DNA of 37,878 bases from Candidatus Brocadiia bacterium (GCA_046538485.1 JBKHIT010000050.1:1-37878); one strand, 5' to 3'. Positions 27,193 through 36,806 are shown, numbered from the stretch's first letter. The notes: a model not told the origin generated them from the letters alone. A program made the numbers and translations.

Positions 27193-27240
27193 CCAGCGCC
27201 TGCGCTGGCTTTGGACTGCGCGCGCGTCAGCGCCGCTTTT
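27193..27240 (-). repeat. REP-like family E (AAAGCGGCG...GCACTCCA)
   Basis: Minus strand AAAAGCGGCGCTGACGCGCGCGCAGTCCAAAGCCAGCGCAGGCGCTGG matches 34428-34478; partial relatives at ~1760-1779, ~30878 and ~30978-31005. Confidence 0.75.
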
Positions 27241-27317
27241 GCTTTTGTTGCCATTTTTCCGCCGTAGTCGCCAAAAAGAGCGAAACCCGACATAACATTC
27301 GTTCTCAGGTCCGGGAA

Positions 27318-28544
27318 TCAATCCCGCGCCACGTTCCGTCCAACCGTCAGAAGATAAACGGCGGCCAGAATACCGATCATGGGGAAACCGCAGGCGGGGA
27401 TCAACATCGCTTTCCACATCTGAGCTTCGCCGATCTTTTCCACAACAGTTCCCATGGCGTTCAACGACACGAATATAGCCAGCGCACTGATTACCTGGTG
27501 GAGTGCCATCGCCGCACCGAATCTTTCCGATTCTTCGTCCGCCAGCACACTCAACATCGTCGGGAATTCAGCCGACCACAGGAAACCTCCCAGCACGTAA
27601 CCGCCGGCGGTCAACAAATAGTTCTTCGACAAAATACCCGCAATCAGCACCGAACCACCGAGAATTCCCGGCAATATCATGAACAAACGCTTGCCAAAAT
27701 TTTCCGGCATCAAACCGAGCAAAAGACGCGACAGGATATACGACACCGCATAACCCGAAAGCACATATCCCGGCCCGATCACGGGATCGCCCGCAAAAGC
27801 ATCGCTGTCCAGAAACCGTGCCATCCACAGATGGATCGTCGAATCGCAGGTCCCGTGCAGGACCATCAAAAGTATGATCGGCAGAAGCTGGGGCGGCAGA
27901 AGAAGATCTCGGAAACTCCAGCGTTCACGGCCGTCTCCCTCAGGGGTTCCAAAACGAACGCGACATCGGTAAAGAAACGTTGCTCCCAATACCAGCAGCG
28001 TGAACAAAACATAGGGCATATGAAAAACGATCCCGAACGTAACCCGGTAAACCTTCCGGCTCAACTGAAGAAGACCTTCGGCAACGCTCGGGAAGAAAAG
28101 CGACCCCACGCTGGTACCCGCGAAATTAAGCGACAGCACACGGCGCCGATTATTTGGAAAAAGTCGGATCAAATATCCGCTCACTGCGACCACGAGCGGG
28201 CGCATAGAAAACCCGTAGAGAGCCATCCCGATTGCCAGCACAATCCAGCTCCGCCCCGATGCCGCAATCACAGTGAAAGCACATGCAACACCAAACAGAG
28301 AGATTCGAAGCACTCTCCGCGGTCCCCACCGGTCCACCATTGCCCCACCGATCAGAACCGTGAAAAGCCCCGCCCCACTCAGCACGCTCAACAAAAACCC
28401 GAACCGCCCATCACCAATACCGAGATACTGCTGCAGCGTATCCCGAAAGACAGGGATCATCTTCATGCTCTGGCAGAGCCAGATCACACAGACCGTTATC
28501 ACAGCGTATTTGACCCGGCGGTATTTTGTGGTGGCGGACGGCAC
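27318..28544 (-). CDS. Major facilitator superfamily transporter (FucP-like sugar permease)
   Basis: About 12 hydrophobic segments; motif A GGAMVDRWGPRRVL; 408 aa. Confidence 0.88.
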   Translation of the reverse strand: MPSATTKYRRVKYAVITVCVIWLCQSMKMIPVFRDTLQQYLGIGDGRFGFLLSVLSGAGLFTVLIGGAMVDRWGPRRVLRISLFGVACAFTVIAASGRSWIVLAIGMALYGFSMRPLVVAVSGYLIRLFPNNRRRVLSLNFAGTSVGSLFFPSVAEGLLQLSRKVYRVTFGIVFHMPYVLFTLLVLGATFLYRCRVRFGTPEGDGRERWSFRDLLLPPQLLPIILLMVLHGTCDSTIHLWMARFLDSDAFAGDPVIGPGYVLSGYAVSYILSRLLLGLMPENFGKRLFMILPGILGGSVLIAGILSKNYLLTAGGYVLGGFLWSAEFPTMLSVLADEESERFGAAMALHQVISALAIFVSLNAMGTVVEKIGEAQMWKAMLIPACGFPMIGILAAVYLLTVGRNVARD

Positions 28545-28787
28545 TTTTCTTATTGAGGGGCTATTCTGGGAACTGATTTCCAGGTAAAGGCACAGAAACT
28601 ACCACGTTGCCAGCCGAAAGGCAAGGACACAACGATTTTCTGGCCCCCCAGGAACGGATTACGGGCCCGAAGAAATTCGTCCCGTTTACTCAGCCGACCC
28701 CTGGTTTCTGACGCATTTACTGCTTCCCTGAGCCCATATCCGTCCCCGAAACTCTAACAAACATCGTCCCAAACGTAACCAACGAAT

Positions 28788-30247
28788 TCATTCCAAAAAC
28801 TCCACTGTCGCAGCACCATCTCCATCCGTTGCCACAACCCGCGCCGGTTTCCCGCGAATCCACATCCGTTCGATCTCAATCGAATCCCAACTCTGCGGCA
28901 TTGCGGGCACATACTCGCACCACTCCGAAGGGTTGGACTCTTTCAGCTGAATCCCCGGGAATCCCAGAATCATAGCCGTGACCAGCCCGCCGACGGCAGT
29001 CACAAAATTGACGTCCTTCGACATGAAACCATACGGGAAGAAGAATCCCATTGGCGACGGCCAAAGGAAATTTCATCCCCCTGCAGCGCTCCCTCGAACA
29101 ACTCCAGAACATGATTTTCCGGGTCGACAAGCAGGAGAAGATTCTCTCGTATTCTCTTCCAGTTGTCCGGCGCGGAATACCCGAGCTGATCCGCAAAACC
29201 TGTCGCCTCTTCCAGCACAAGACAGCACATCATATTCGTGTAAGCATCGTTATTGACATTGTGGTAACACTCTGCCGGACTCTGCAGATGCTGCCGTCGG
29301 CTTAATGCGAACGGGGCGATGCCCTGAGGAGACGAGGAGTGGACCGAGCTGTGAGTGTAGAAAAACGCCGCGTCCACGATCTCCTGCCATCGGTCGTCGC
29401 CACCCGAGATGACAGGCCTCGCGCGCCAGAGGTTTTTCCAGGCAGATGCGTTCAGGGCCCGCAACTTCTCGAATCCATACCACAGGCCCATTCGGACCTG
29501 TCGAGAGGCCTGCCAGTGGGGTTCTTCGTGCAGGGTACTCGGCACGAGCGAGCCATATTGTCGGAGGGCGTAGCGTTTACCGGGCCGGGCATCGATAATG
29601 TAACTTGTGAATTCACCTTCTTCTTCGTGTCCATACTCGTTCCGTGTTTTTTCCCGTAGATCGTCGCCTTCGAATTCGGTGACGTATGAGGCACCGAGCC
29701 GGGTCAGCCCGCCGCGACTCTCCCAGTGCAAAACGGCATCGGCCGGTCTATCCGCGCGTTCTTCTCCCGGGATCCCTGGCATACAACGATCAAGCAAGTT
29801 CCCCATCAGATCCCGCTGGTCGATCTGGGCGCGGAGCAGCAGTTCGCATTCCCGATTGATCCGTACCGCAACTTCCTGAAGCGTAAGTGTCGGTTCCGTG
29901 CGACTGCAGAACGTCAGGACTTCCACACTCGCTATGGTATCGCCCGCGGCAAATTCAAACTGGCTTCGAATCTCCCCGCATGAAAAGTCGCATTCCTGTG
30001 ATTTGAATTGCACTCGGTGACGGTGTTTCGATAGCCATGCTTTATCCAGCTGGATATCGAGTCCTACCGGGTACGGTGCTTCGCCGTATTCTTCCACACC
30101 TTTTTCGGGGCTTTTCCCCACGTAACCGTTCAGCAGAGCCGTGCCGCCGGGCAGAGGAATCTGGGGGATCCGCAATCCCACCAGACCGTTCGCAATGTAG
30201 GCATCTTCAAGTCCGGGATCGTATTCCGCGATCTGATGTGTTTTCAT
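28788..30247 (-). pseudogene. GH65-like (trehalose/maltose hydrolase, PGGHG-like) pseudogene with internal deletions and a frameshift
   Basis: N-terminal AYIANGLVGLRI, DFSCGE, TFCSRTEP, NASAWKNLW..WQEIVDAAFFY; jumps from GIAPFALS to VNNDAYTNM without a GHxFWD-type catalytic segment; frameshift near 29050 into the C-terminal frame (FFPYGF..FVTAVGG..LGFPG..WDSIEIERMWIRGKP). Confidence 0.75.
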
Positions 30248-30283
30248 CAAACGTCCCTCTGGAAAAACTTCTGTTGTATTTTA

Positions 30284-30445
30284 GGCTCTGTCTGAGAATG
30301 CGGTCGTCGGACCGAGAGCGAGCGAATTTGCGGATGGCGCGGACGCCGAAGCAGGCCTATCCAGTGGAGATAAGCCGATACAGGCGGACAAAGCCAGCCG
30401 CAAATGCAGCCGCTCGAATCCAGATCCGTATTTTCAGACAGAGCC
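30284..30445. mobile_element. MITE (162 bp) with ~20-bp terminal inverted repeats and TA flanks
   Basis: TA|GGCTCTGTCTGAGAATGCGG ... CCGTATTTTCAGACAGAGCC|TA; internal complementarity ATTTGCGGATGGC/GCCAGCCGCAAAT; no transposase. Confidence 0.82.
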
Positions 30446-30625
30446 TAGCCCTGCGCAGGCCTCTCGTTTAACAACTCGAATGGTATGGTAAAAAGCAAGT
30501 TTCTTGCATCTGGGATCGGGGTATGGAACTTCAAAGCTCTCAAACAGCTTGCGCGCGAGCCGTCTTTCAAATACTCCCCCCGCTGCCGTGGGCCCCAAAG
30601 TCGGTCGCGGATCGTTGGCATCTGA

Positions 30626-30664
30626 GCGGACTGGACTTCAGCCGGAGGCTGGAGTTCAGTCCGC
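30626..30664 (+). repeat. REP-like family A, most complete hairpin
   Basis: GCGGACTGGACTTCAGCC-GGA-GGCTGGAGTTCAGTCCGC: 18-bp stem with two G.T pairs. Confidence 0.9.
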
Positions 30665-30692
30665 GGTCGAGTGCGTTGAATCTCCGCGCATC

Positions 30693-30769
30693 CTGACATC
30701 TGTGAGCCATTGCCCGCCTCAAGTCCAGTTTCGCCCGCCATCCGGCGGGCTCAGCTGAACTCGAGTCTC
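30693..30769 (+). repeat. Dispersed palindromic repeat (family D), copy 2
   Basis: Near-identical to 168-243; loop ATCC instead of GGT. Confidence 0.85.
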
Positions 30770-30785
30770 ATGGGGTCTTGCGAGC

Positions 30786-30850
30786 CGACTGGACTTCAGC
30801 GCCGCTTCCGCGGGGCTGGAGTTCAGAACGCGGTGCAGAAACCTGCAGGT
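30786..30850 (+). repeat. REP-like family A, long-loop variant
   Basis: CGACTGGACTTCAG cgccgcttccgcgg GGCTGGAGTTCAGAACGCGGTGCAGAAACCTGCAGGT. Confidence 0.85.
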
Positions 30851-31088
30851 CTCGTTGCAAAACGATGAAAAAAGCCAAAGCGGCGCCCCCCGTGGGGGAT
30901 TCGTTGGGCAGAGATAGCTGGTATTTTGAATGTCATTGCTACTGGCATCCGCCTTTCCACGTAGTCCACCGCGACTCGCGGTCGCCGTACTCCACAGCCG
31001 GCTCCGCCGGCGGGGTTCATACACGAGACGGTGCTGATACGATTGTCCGCCACCCCGCATATTCCGTTTCGCAGCAAAGGACAACGAC

Positions 31089-31133
31089 TCCGGGTCTGAC
31101 GCCCCGGTCCAGAGGCTGGAGAGCCTGTGCTAC
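31089..31133 (-). repeat. REP family B (GTAG guide), copy 2
   Basis: Plus strand TCCGGGTCTGACGCCCCGGTCCAGAGGCTGGAGAGCCTGTGCTAC; minus strand begins GTAGCACAGGCTCTCCAGCC. Confidence 0.8.
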
Positions 31134-31204
31134 ATAGGAAGGCGGCATTTCCTCTTATCCTCAGAGTAAACGCTTACACCTGACCGCGCACTGACTATTA
31201 TTTC

Positions 31205-34045
31205 TCACGGCTCAAAAAGCCCGCCATCCTTAAATTCACTATCGGGGGAAGCGGGGTCGCCGACATCTTCATCGAATTCCGCTGTGCCCGGCGGATCGTG
31301 CTGGAGGACGGGTTTGTGCCATTTTACGACCTCACTCACACTCGTCTTATTCCCATCCGCCGCCAGCTCCAGGACTATCACCTTGCCGCGGTACGGCGTC
31401 AGGTTCACCGCCCCCGTATCCAGAGGTATCGGCTGCGGCTTGTCCGGCTGGTCCGGGTCGGGTTTGCCCCGCTCCGGGCGATAACGTTTCCAAACTTCCT
31501 CCCCATTGATACGAACCTTGTAATTTGCCCCGTCCCCGTACGGATGCCGCGAACCGTAATTGAAGACAAGATACGTCTTCTCCTCCATGTCCAACGCCGA
31601 TACTTTCAGAAGATACGTGATGATACCTTCTTCTCGGTTTCGGACGTTTCCAACCCCCTGATGCATAGTCGCTTTGCCATCGGATTTGCGCCCGTAACGG
31701 GTCACGAGCCCACTGGCCTGCCGATGCACGGTGTTTCGGGCAGGGATTTCCCAGATCTTCGACCCATTGCTTACATCCACAGGTTGTGCCCAGTACGCGC
31801 CGAAACCTCCCGGCGCTTCGAGCTGCACATCGTAGAGCCCATCCCCCACCGATCTGGCGCTTTTGACACCGCAGAATTTCACGTCCGAGCCCGAAGACCT
31901 GACGCGCACCGTCACCGTCTGAGGCCACTTGTTCTTTTTGGACGCCGAAAGGTGCGCCAGCCAGTAATTATCCCGGGGGACACATCGTTTCACAAAAACA
32001 CCTTCTGGCAGAGCGGAAATCGTAACGGATGGACGTTTTACGTCCGGCAGCACGATATAGACCTGTCGCGGGTTCAGGCCCACGAGCCCTCTTTTGTTGT
32101 ATCCGATCCATCCCTGAACCGCTCCGTTTTCTACGTCCGCGTTTCTGACGCCATGCACCCGCCAGTAAATCGTCTCAGCTCCCCCCTCGGTCATGCGCAA
32201 GAACCGCGTTCCACTGTCCCGCACAAACTGGTATTCTGTTCCTTCTTTGTCCCGAAAATAATGCAGAACTTTCGGGTCCCACTCGTCTGGCCAGTAACTA
32301 CTGAGCTGGCCTCGCGCAAAAGTGTACGCCCGTTGCCGGATCATGCGTCCGCCGGGACTGTTATCCGGGGAAGTCGGCAGCGGAGTGATCATCCCTCGAA
32401 TATCGTCGGAGTCATACCCGCCGGGCTGAAGTTGCAGATTGTAGAGATGCTGGAAAGGCGAGAACAAATAGCTGAGGATCGGGTGCGCGCAGTTGGCCCA
32501 CTGGGTAATCGTTAATGCGAATTTCTGCCCGCGCAAAGTCACCTCGTTCGTCCGCTCCCCCATCAAAGCAACGTCCGGCAGGAGTTTGTGAAAATAATTC
32601 CGCATTCTCACCGATCCCTGATACCAGTTCTCGCCGTCCGGCTCGCCGAGTTTGTGACGCTTCAGCACCCAGCTGCAATCCTCGTAAATCGCCGACACAC
32701 CGTAGCGCTCGACGAGATCTTTGCAGAGCTCGGGATAAAATCGCTGCCAGAGACGGTATGCGAAAAACTTCCGCGGGCCGATTTTCCGACGAATCCACGG
32801 ATGGCCGTGAGTCACTATTGTCGGGTTCGTATACGGGAATACGTGGACGCCCATCTCTTCCAGGGCCGTCATTTTCTCTGGCATTCCCTCCGCCGCCTCG
32901 TAGTGGTCAGGATTATCAAGCGGCCAGTTGGGGAAATAATCCATCCCCACACCACGTTTCCGTATTTGACCATCGTTCCAGCCTTTTAACCACCCCTGCG
33001 TGCTGAACCACACCATACTATCGCCGGGCAAATCCTCGGCGTATTTGCGAATCTTTTCCACGTACGCTGGTCCGAGCAGCACGATCCGGCTTCGGGCGGC
33101 CCAGGAAGCAGGTCCTTCGTCCAAGCGGTGAAGATCTTCCCACTGAGCTTCCATCTGCTGTCGATATCGTCGGGCAGCGTTCGCCCAGTAGCCCTCAAAT
33201 ACGTTGAAACGCCAGCTGGCGCCTTTCAACTCCGTGCAGCGGTAGATTTGGCGGTTCGTCTCGAATTCAAAGGCGGCGTGCCAGCGTTTCTCGCGTTTCC
33301 GAAGTCCCAGGTGCCGGCCGAATTCCAGTTCCGGTTCGTCGGCCCAGATGCCCATGCACCCTTTTTCGGATTCCGCAATGAAAAGCGCCGCCTGCCAGAA
33401 CTGCGGCCATCGCCAGTTCCCACCCCATCCCTCGCCCACGTCCTCGCTGTCCACCCCAACCCCATCGGATACCGGGAGGATCATACGAAGTTTTGAATCC
33501 ATATCTCGGACCTGAATCGCGCTGCGCAACACTCCCCGATCGCGGACTCCGAAGACTTTCTCAATCTCCGCCTCCACCTCGGGTCGAATCACAAGGTCAC
33601 CGGTCTCAGGATCGACCTGAACCGAAAGCTGAATTGTCATGTTCGGATCGAAAACTTCCCCGTGCTGCAATCCCGAGAAGATCAGTTTTTTCCCGCCGGG
33701 TATTTCTTTGCTTTCGATTTCGCTCTTCTCAGAGATGTCGTAATACTTCCGGGGCACGGCCGGACGCAGAGACCTGATCGCCAGACCCTTGCATCCGTCC
33801 AGTCCGGTCTCGTTCTCTCCATCGGTTGCCTTCGCGTACGTCTCGCCCGTCAGGTGATTGGTGATTTTGCAGATAGCCAGCCTATCAAACGTCACACTGA
33901 ATCTGTCGGTCTTGACTTCCAACCGTTGGCCGTCGACATTGAACTCGGGTTCAGCGGCCACAGACCGACGTGCGGATGCGATTGCAGCAATCCCGCATAA
34001 ACAGAGAATTATTTCCAACGAAATTCTGCCGACCGATTTCCGCAT
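31205..34045 (-). CDS. Large secreted hypothetical protein, putative glycoside-hydrolase-like (DUF6259-like core, C-terminal jelly-roll/CBM-like domain)
   Basis: ATG 34045 after AAGGAG; signal peptide MRKSVGRISLEIILCLCGIAAIASA; WPQFWQAA, EGYWANAARRYR, GVHVFPYTN, GVSAIYED, LMGERTNEVT; C-terminal DGANYKVRINGEEVW..VNLTPYRGKVIVLEL. Confidence 0.7.
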   Translation of the reverse strand: MRKSVGRISLEIILCLCGIAAIASARRSVAAEPEFNVDGQRLEVKTDRFSVTFDRLAICKITNHLTGETYAKATDGENETGLDGCKGLAIRSLRPAVPRKYYDISEKSEIESKEIPGGKKLIFSGLQHGEVFDPNMTIQLSVQVDPETGDLVIRPEVEAEIEKVFGVRDRGVLRSAIQVRDMDSKLRMILPVSDGVGVDSEDVGEGWGGNWRWPQFWQAALFIAESEKGCMGIWADEPELEFGRHLGLRKREKRWHAAFEFETNRQIYRCTELKGASWRFNVFEGYWANAARRYRQQMEAQWEDLHRLDEGPASWAARSRIVLLGPAYVEKIRKYAEDLPGDSMVWFSTQGWLKGWNDGQIRKRGVGMDYFPNWPLDNPDHYEAAEGMPEKMTALEEMGVHVFPYTNPTIVTHGHPWIRRKIGPRKFFAYRLWQRFYPELCKDLVERYGVSAIYEDCSWVLKRHKLGEPDGENWYQGSVRMRNYFHKLLPDVALMGERTNEVTLRGQKFALTITQWANCAHPILSYLFSPFQHLYNLQLQPGGYDSDDIRGMITPLPTSPDNSPGGRMIRQRAYTFARGQLSSYWPDEWDPKVLHYFRDKEGTEYQFVRDSGTRFLRMTEGGAETIYWRVHGVRNADVENGAVQGWIGYNKRGLVGLNPRQVYIVLPDVKRPSVTISALPEGVFVKRCVPRDNYWLAHLSASKKNKWPQTVTVRVRSSGSDVKFCGVKSARSVGDGLYDVQLEAPGGFGAYWAQPVDVSNGSKIWEIPARNTVHRQASGLVTRYGRKSDGKATMHQGVGNVRNREEGIITYLLKVSALDMEEKTYLVFNYGSRHPYGDGANYKVRINGEEVWKRYRPERGKPDPDQPDKPQPIPLDTGAVNLTPYRGKVIVLELAADGNKTSVSEVVKWHKPVLQHDPPGTAEFDEDVGDPASPDSEFKDGGLFEP

Positions 34046-34324
34046 TGGAACTCCTTTGTTAATCAAGGCACAGGCTTCCGGTTCGCATCCGCATCGACGA
34101 TTCACCTTGCCCAGAGCTGCAGCAATTGTAGCGGTCCTTCAGACCTCAGCGGGTTCGATTGCATCTGCTCAAATTGTGTTTCGAGGCTCGACTTTGAATG
34201 AAATTGCAGATATATCAAATTAGCGGATGCAGGCCCTGTTGTCCAAAGAGTGCTCCGACATCCGCGAAAGCACAGGGCCGGTCTCGGCAACCCCGGATCC
34301 CGTCCCCTGGAGGCCGGCATATGA

Positions 34325-34365
34325 GCGGACTGGACTTCAGCCGCAGGCTGGAGTTCAGAACGCGG
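34325..34365 (+). repeat. REP-like family A
   Basis: GCGGACTGGACTTCAGCC GCA GGCTGGAGTTCAGAACGCGG. Confidence 0.88.
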
Positions 34366-34427
34366 CACAATAAAGAGGAATGCCAGGAGACTTTAGAGAC
34401 CACTGTCATCAAAAACAATTACCAAAT

Positions 34428-34478
34428 AAAAGCGGCGCTTTCGCGCGCGCACTCCACAGCCAGCGATCACGCGCTGGC
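34428..34478 (+). repeat. REP-like family E
   Basis: AAAAGCGGCGCTTTCGCGCGCGCACTCCACAGCCAGCGATCACGCGCTGGC; inverse of 27193-27240. Confidence 0.75.
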
Positions 34479-34535
34479 AAGACACGACAAAGTCCGCCGC
34501 GGCCGCGGCCCGCCGTACATCCTGCAAAACCCCCA

Positions 34536-34562
34536 GTCCCTTCCGTCCCTTCTGTCCCTTCC
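34536..34562. repeat. Nonamer tandem repeat (GTCCCTTCY x3)
   Basis: GTCCCTTCC GTCCCTTCT GTCCCTTCC. Confidence 0.85.
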
Positions 34563-34657
34563 GTTTCTCACATTTGCCCAGCTCACCCTTGCAAGCGGCA
34601 TGGCCACAACCCCATAATGCCCCCTCATTTTCTCATCAGCAGGAAAGAGAGAGACAG

Positions 34658-36712
34658 ATGTTGATCTCGCGAGACGCATTGATTGAAAACGCGCACCAGC
34701 TGCGCGAAGCTTTTGGCGACGATATTAATCCGTTCCGCCACGCCGGGAAAAACCTGGAACGGGCTGACAAGGCCGTCGACGGTATTCTGCCCTTCAATCA
34801 CCTCGGCACTCACTGGACGGAGGTTGGACGACGGGATATCGACTGGAGTGCCCCCGAGCACAATCACCAGGAATGGCCCGCGCAGCTCAATCGTTTCTTC
34901 CAGCTCCCCGCCGTCGCCGCAGCTTACCAGGAGACACAGGACGAGAAATATGCGAACGCCGCCTTCGATTACATCGGCGACTGGATCGAGTCTCATCCCC
35001 CCGCCGATGATTGGACCATCGCGCCCTACGACAACACGCTCAATCTTTGCATCAGAAACCAGCAGTGGTTCCGGACGCTACCTGCTTTCCTCGATAGTGC
35101 TGTCTTCGATAACGAATTTATCGACCGAATGATTGAATCCGGCCGCGCCCAGCTGGAATTTCTCTGCGATAATCTCAGTTCCCACGGAAACTGGCGCATA
35201 GCACAGGCCGATTCCCTTTTCACCAATGGTATGCGGCTGAAAGGTATTCCGGAGGCCGAACACTGGCGAGAGCTGGCCCGACGAGTTCTCAACGATGCTT
35301 TCCACCGCCAGGTCCTGCCCGACGGCGCCCACTGGGAACGAAACCCCAGCTACCATAACTGGATGAAAACGGTCTTCACGAAATACTGGCACCTCCAGCA
35401 GAATATCCCGGACGCCGGGATGGCAATGGAGGCCGAAGGTGTTGCAAGGATGCACGATTACGCCGCCGGAACCACCCGTCCCAATGGCTATCGAAACGCC
35501 ATGCACGACTGCACCGGTGCCCGGACGGGAAGGAGACCGAACCGGATGCTGGAGGAGAGAAACGAGTTTCGCGAAGAAGCCGGATTGCCCGAAGGAAATC
35601 CCCCCACCTCACAGTTTTTCCCCGATGCCGGCCAGGCTTTCCTGCGAGACAGCTGGGAACGCGACGCGACCTACCTGACGTTCGATGCCACCAATTGGGG
35701 CGGTGCACACTGCCACATGAGCCGAAACTCCGTCCAACTCCACGCCCACGGGCGATCCCTGATCGTTGATCCCGGCTCGTTCACCTACGAAACAAGCGAT
35801 CCGATGAAAGCCTACGGGAAAGGAACCCGTTCGCACTCGACCCTGAACCTCAACGGGTGGAATCAATCGGAGGACAATCCGGAAACACGATACGAAAACG
35901 CCCCGGGCTACGATCTCGTGGCATCGGAATACGCTGGAGGTTATTGGCCAGGGAAACGAAGCTGGAGTTTCGAACCGGATCACGGTCAAGGCGTTTTCGC
36001 CCGACACCACAGGTCGTTGCTCTGGATTCACGACACCTGCGCTATCGTCCTGGACCATCTAATGCACGATTACGGGGACAACTCGCCCGATCTGGAGATC
36101 AACTGGCAGTTGTGCGAAGGGAATGCTGTGCTTGATCCAGAAGAACGGATGGTCCGCACCGATCACGATGACGCCAACGTCCTGATGCTCTTTCCTGTCA
36201 TGCCGGAGGAGATGAAAATGTCATTGCACATCGGCGAGAAGGATCCTATTAGAGGGTGGCTCCCGGGCGACGGCAAATATGTCCCAGCGCCGATGCTCTC
36301 AATGAGATCTCCCGATTATGGACGTTATTACACGGACGTTGCAACCGTTCTGATCCCCTATGAAGGCACTGAAGCACCGTCGGTTAAAGCAGAAGGCAAT
36401 GCCGATGACGGGTGTGGTATCAACCACTTGCGTCTGGAATGGGCGGAGGGCACGACGGATGATTTGATCTGGACAGCAAGGCTTTTTACGGCCATCGGAG
36501 AATGGAGCGAAATGAAGACTGATGCTTCCCTGGTCCACCTACGGCGCGACCAGAACGCTGAGGTCACGCGGGGGCTCATTGTCGACGGGACGCATCTGGA
36601 TCCCTTCTATCCGGAAGAACTCTCCAGCCCGGAGACTTTTGTGTTTTCGCCATCGGGGGAAAAGGACTTAAGGGACATAAAGGACCAAAGGGACTATGTT
36701 AAGGGGGATTAG
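34658..36712 (+). CDS. Heparinase II/III-family protein (PL12-like); no signal peptide
   Basis: EWPAQLNRF, DEKYA, HGNWRIAQ, QVLPDGAHWERNPSYH, FFPDAGQAFLRDSW, GAHCH, LIVDPGSFTY, TRSHSTL. Start set at ATG 34658 after AGGAAAG. Confidence 0.9.
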   Translation: MLISRDALIENAHQLREAFGDDINPFRHAGKNLERADKAVDGILPFNHLGTHWTEVGRRDIDWSAPEHNHQEWPAQLNRFFQLPAVAAAYQETQDEKYANAAFDYIGDWIESHPPADDWTIAPYDNTLNLCIRNQQWFRTLPAFLDSAVFDNEFIDRMIESGRAQLEFLCDNLSSHGNWRIAQADSLFTNGMRLKGIPEAEHWRELARRVLNDAFHRQVLPDGAHWERNPSYHNWMKTVFTKYWHLQQNIPDAGMAMEAEGVARMHDYAAGTTRPNGYRNAMHDCTGARTGRRPNRMLEERNEFREEAGLPEGNPPTSQFFPDAGQAFLRDSWERDATYLTFDATNWGGAHCHMSRNSVQLHAHGRSLIVDPGSFTYETSDPMKAYGKGTRSHSTLNLNGWNQSEDNPETRYENAPGYDLVASEYAGGYWPGKRSWSFEPDHGQGVFARHHRSLLWIHDTCAIVLDHLMHDYGDNSPDLEINWQLCEGNAVLDPEERMVRTDHDDANVLMLFPVMPEEMKMSLHIGEKDPIRGWLPGDGKYVPAPMLSMRSPDYGRYYTDVATVLIPYEGTEAPSVKAEGNADDGCGINHLRLEWAEGTTDDLIWTARLFTAIGEWSEMKTDASLVHLRRDQNAEVTRGLIVDGTHLDPFYPEELSSPETFVFSPSGEKDLRDIKDQRDYVKGD
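36660..36695. repeat. Nonamer tandem repeat (WAARGGACH x4) inside the heparinase 3' end
   Basis: AAAAGGACT TAAGGGACA TAAAGGACC AAAGGGACT; encodes KDLRDIKDQRD. Confidence 0.8.
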
Positions 36713-36756
36713 CCCCGATGCCGCAGACAAGGGATCCAACGCAAAGTTCCCTCTGG

Positions 36757-36797
36757 GCGGACTGGACTTCAGCCGGAGGCTGGAGTTCAGCACGCGG
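36757..36797 (+). repeat. REP-like family A
   Basis: GCGGACTGGACTTCAGCC GGA GGCTGGAGTTCAGCACGCGG. Confidence 0.88.
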
Positions 36798-36806
36798 CTG
36801 ATCAAA

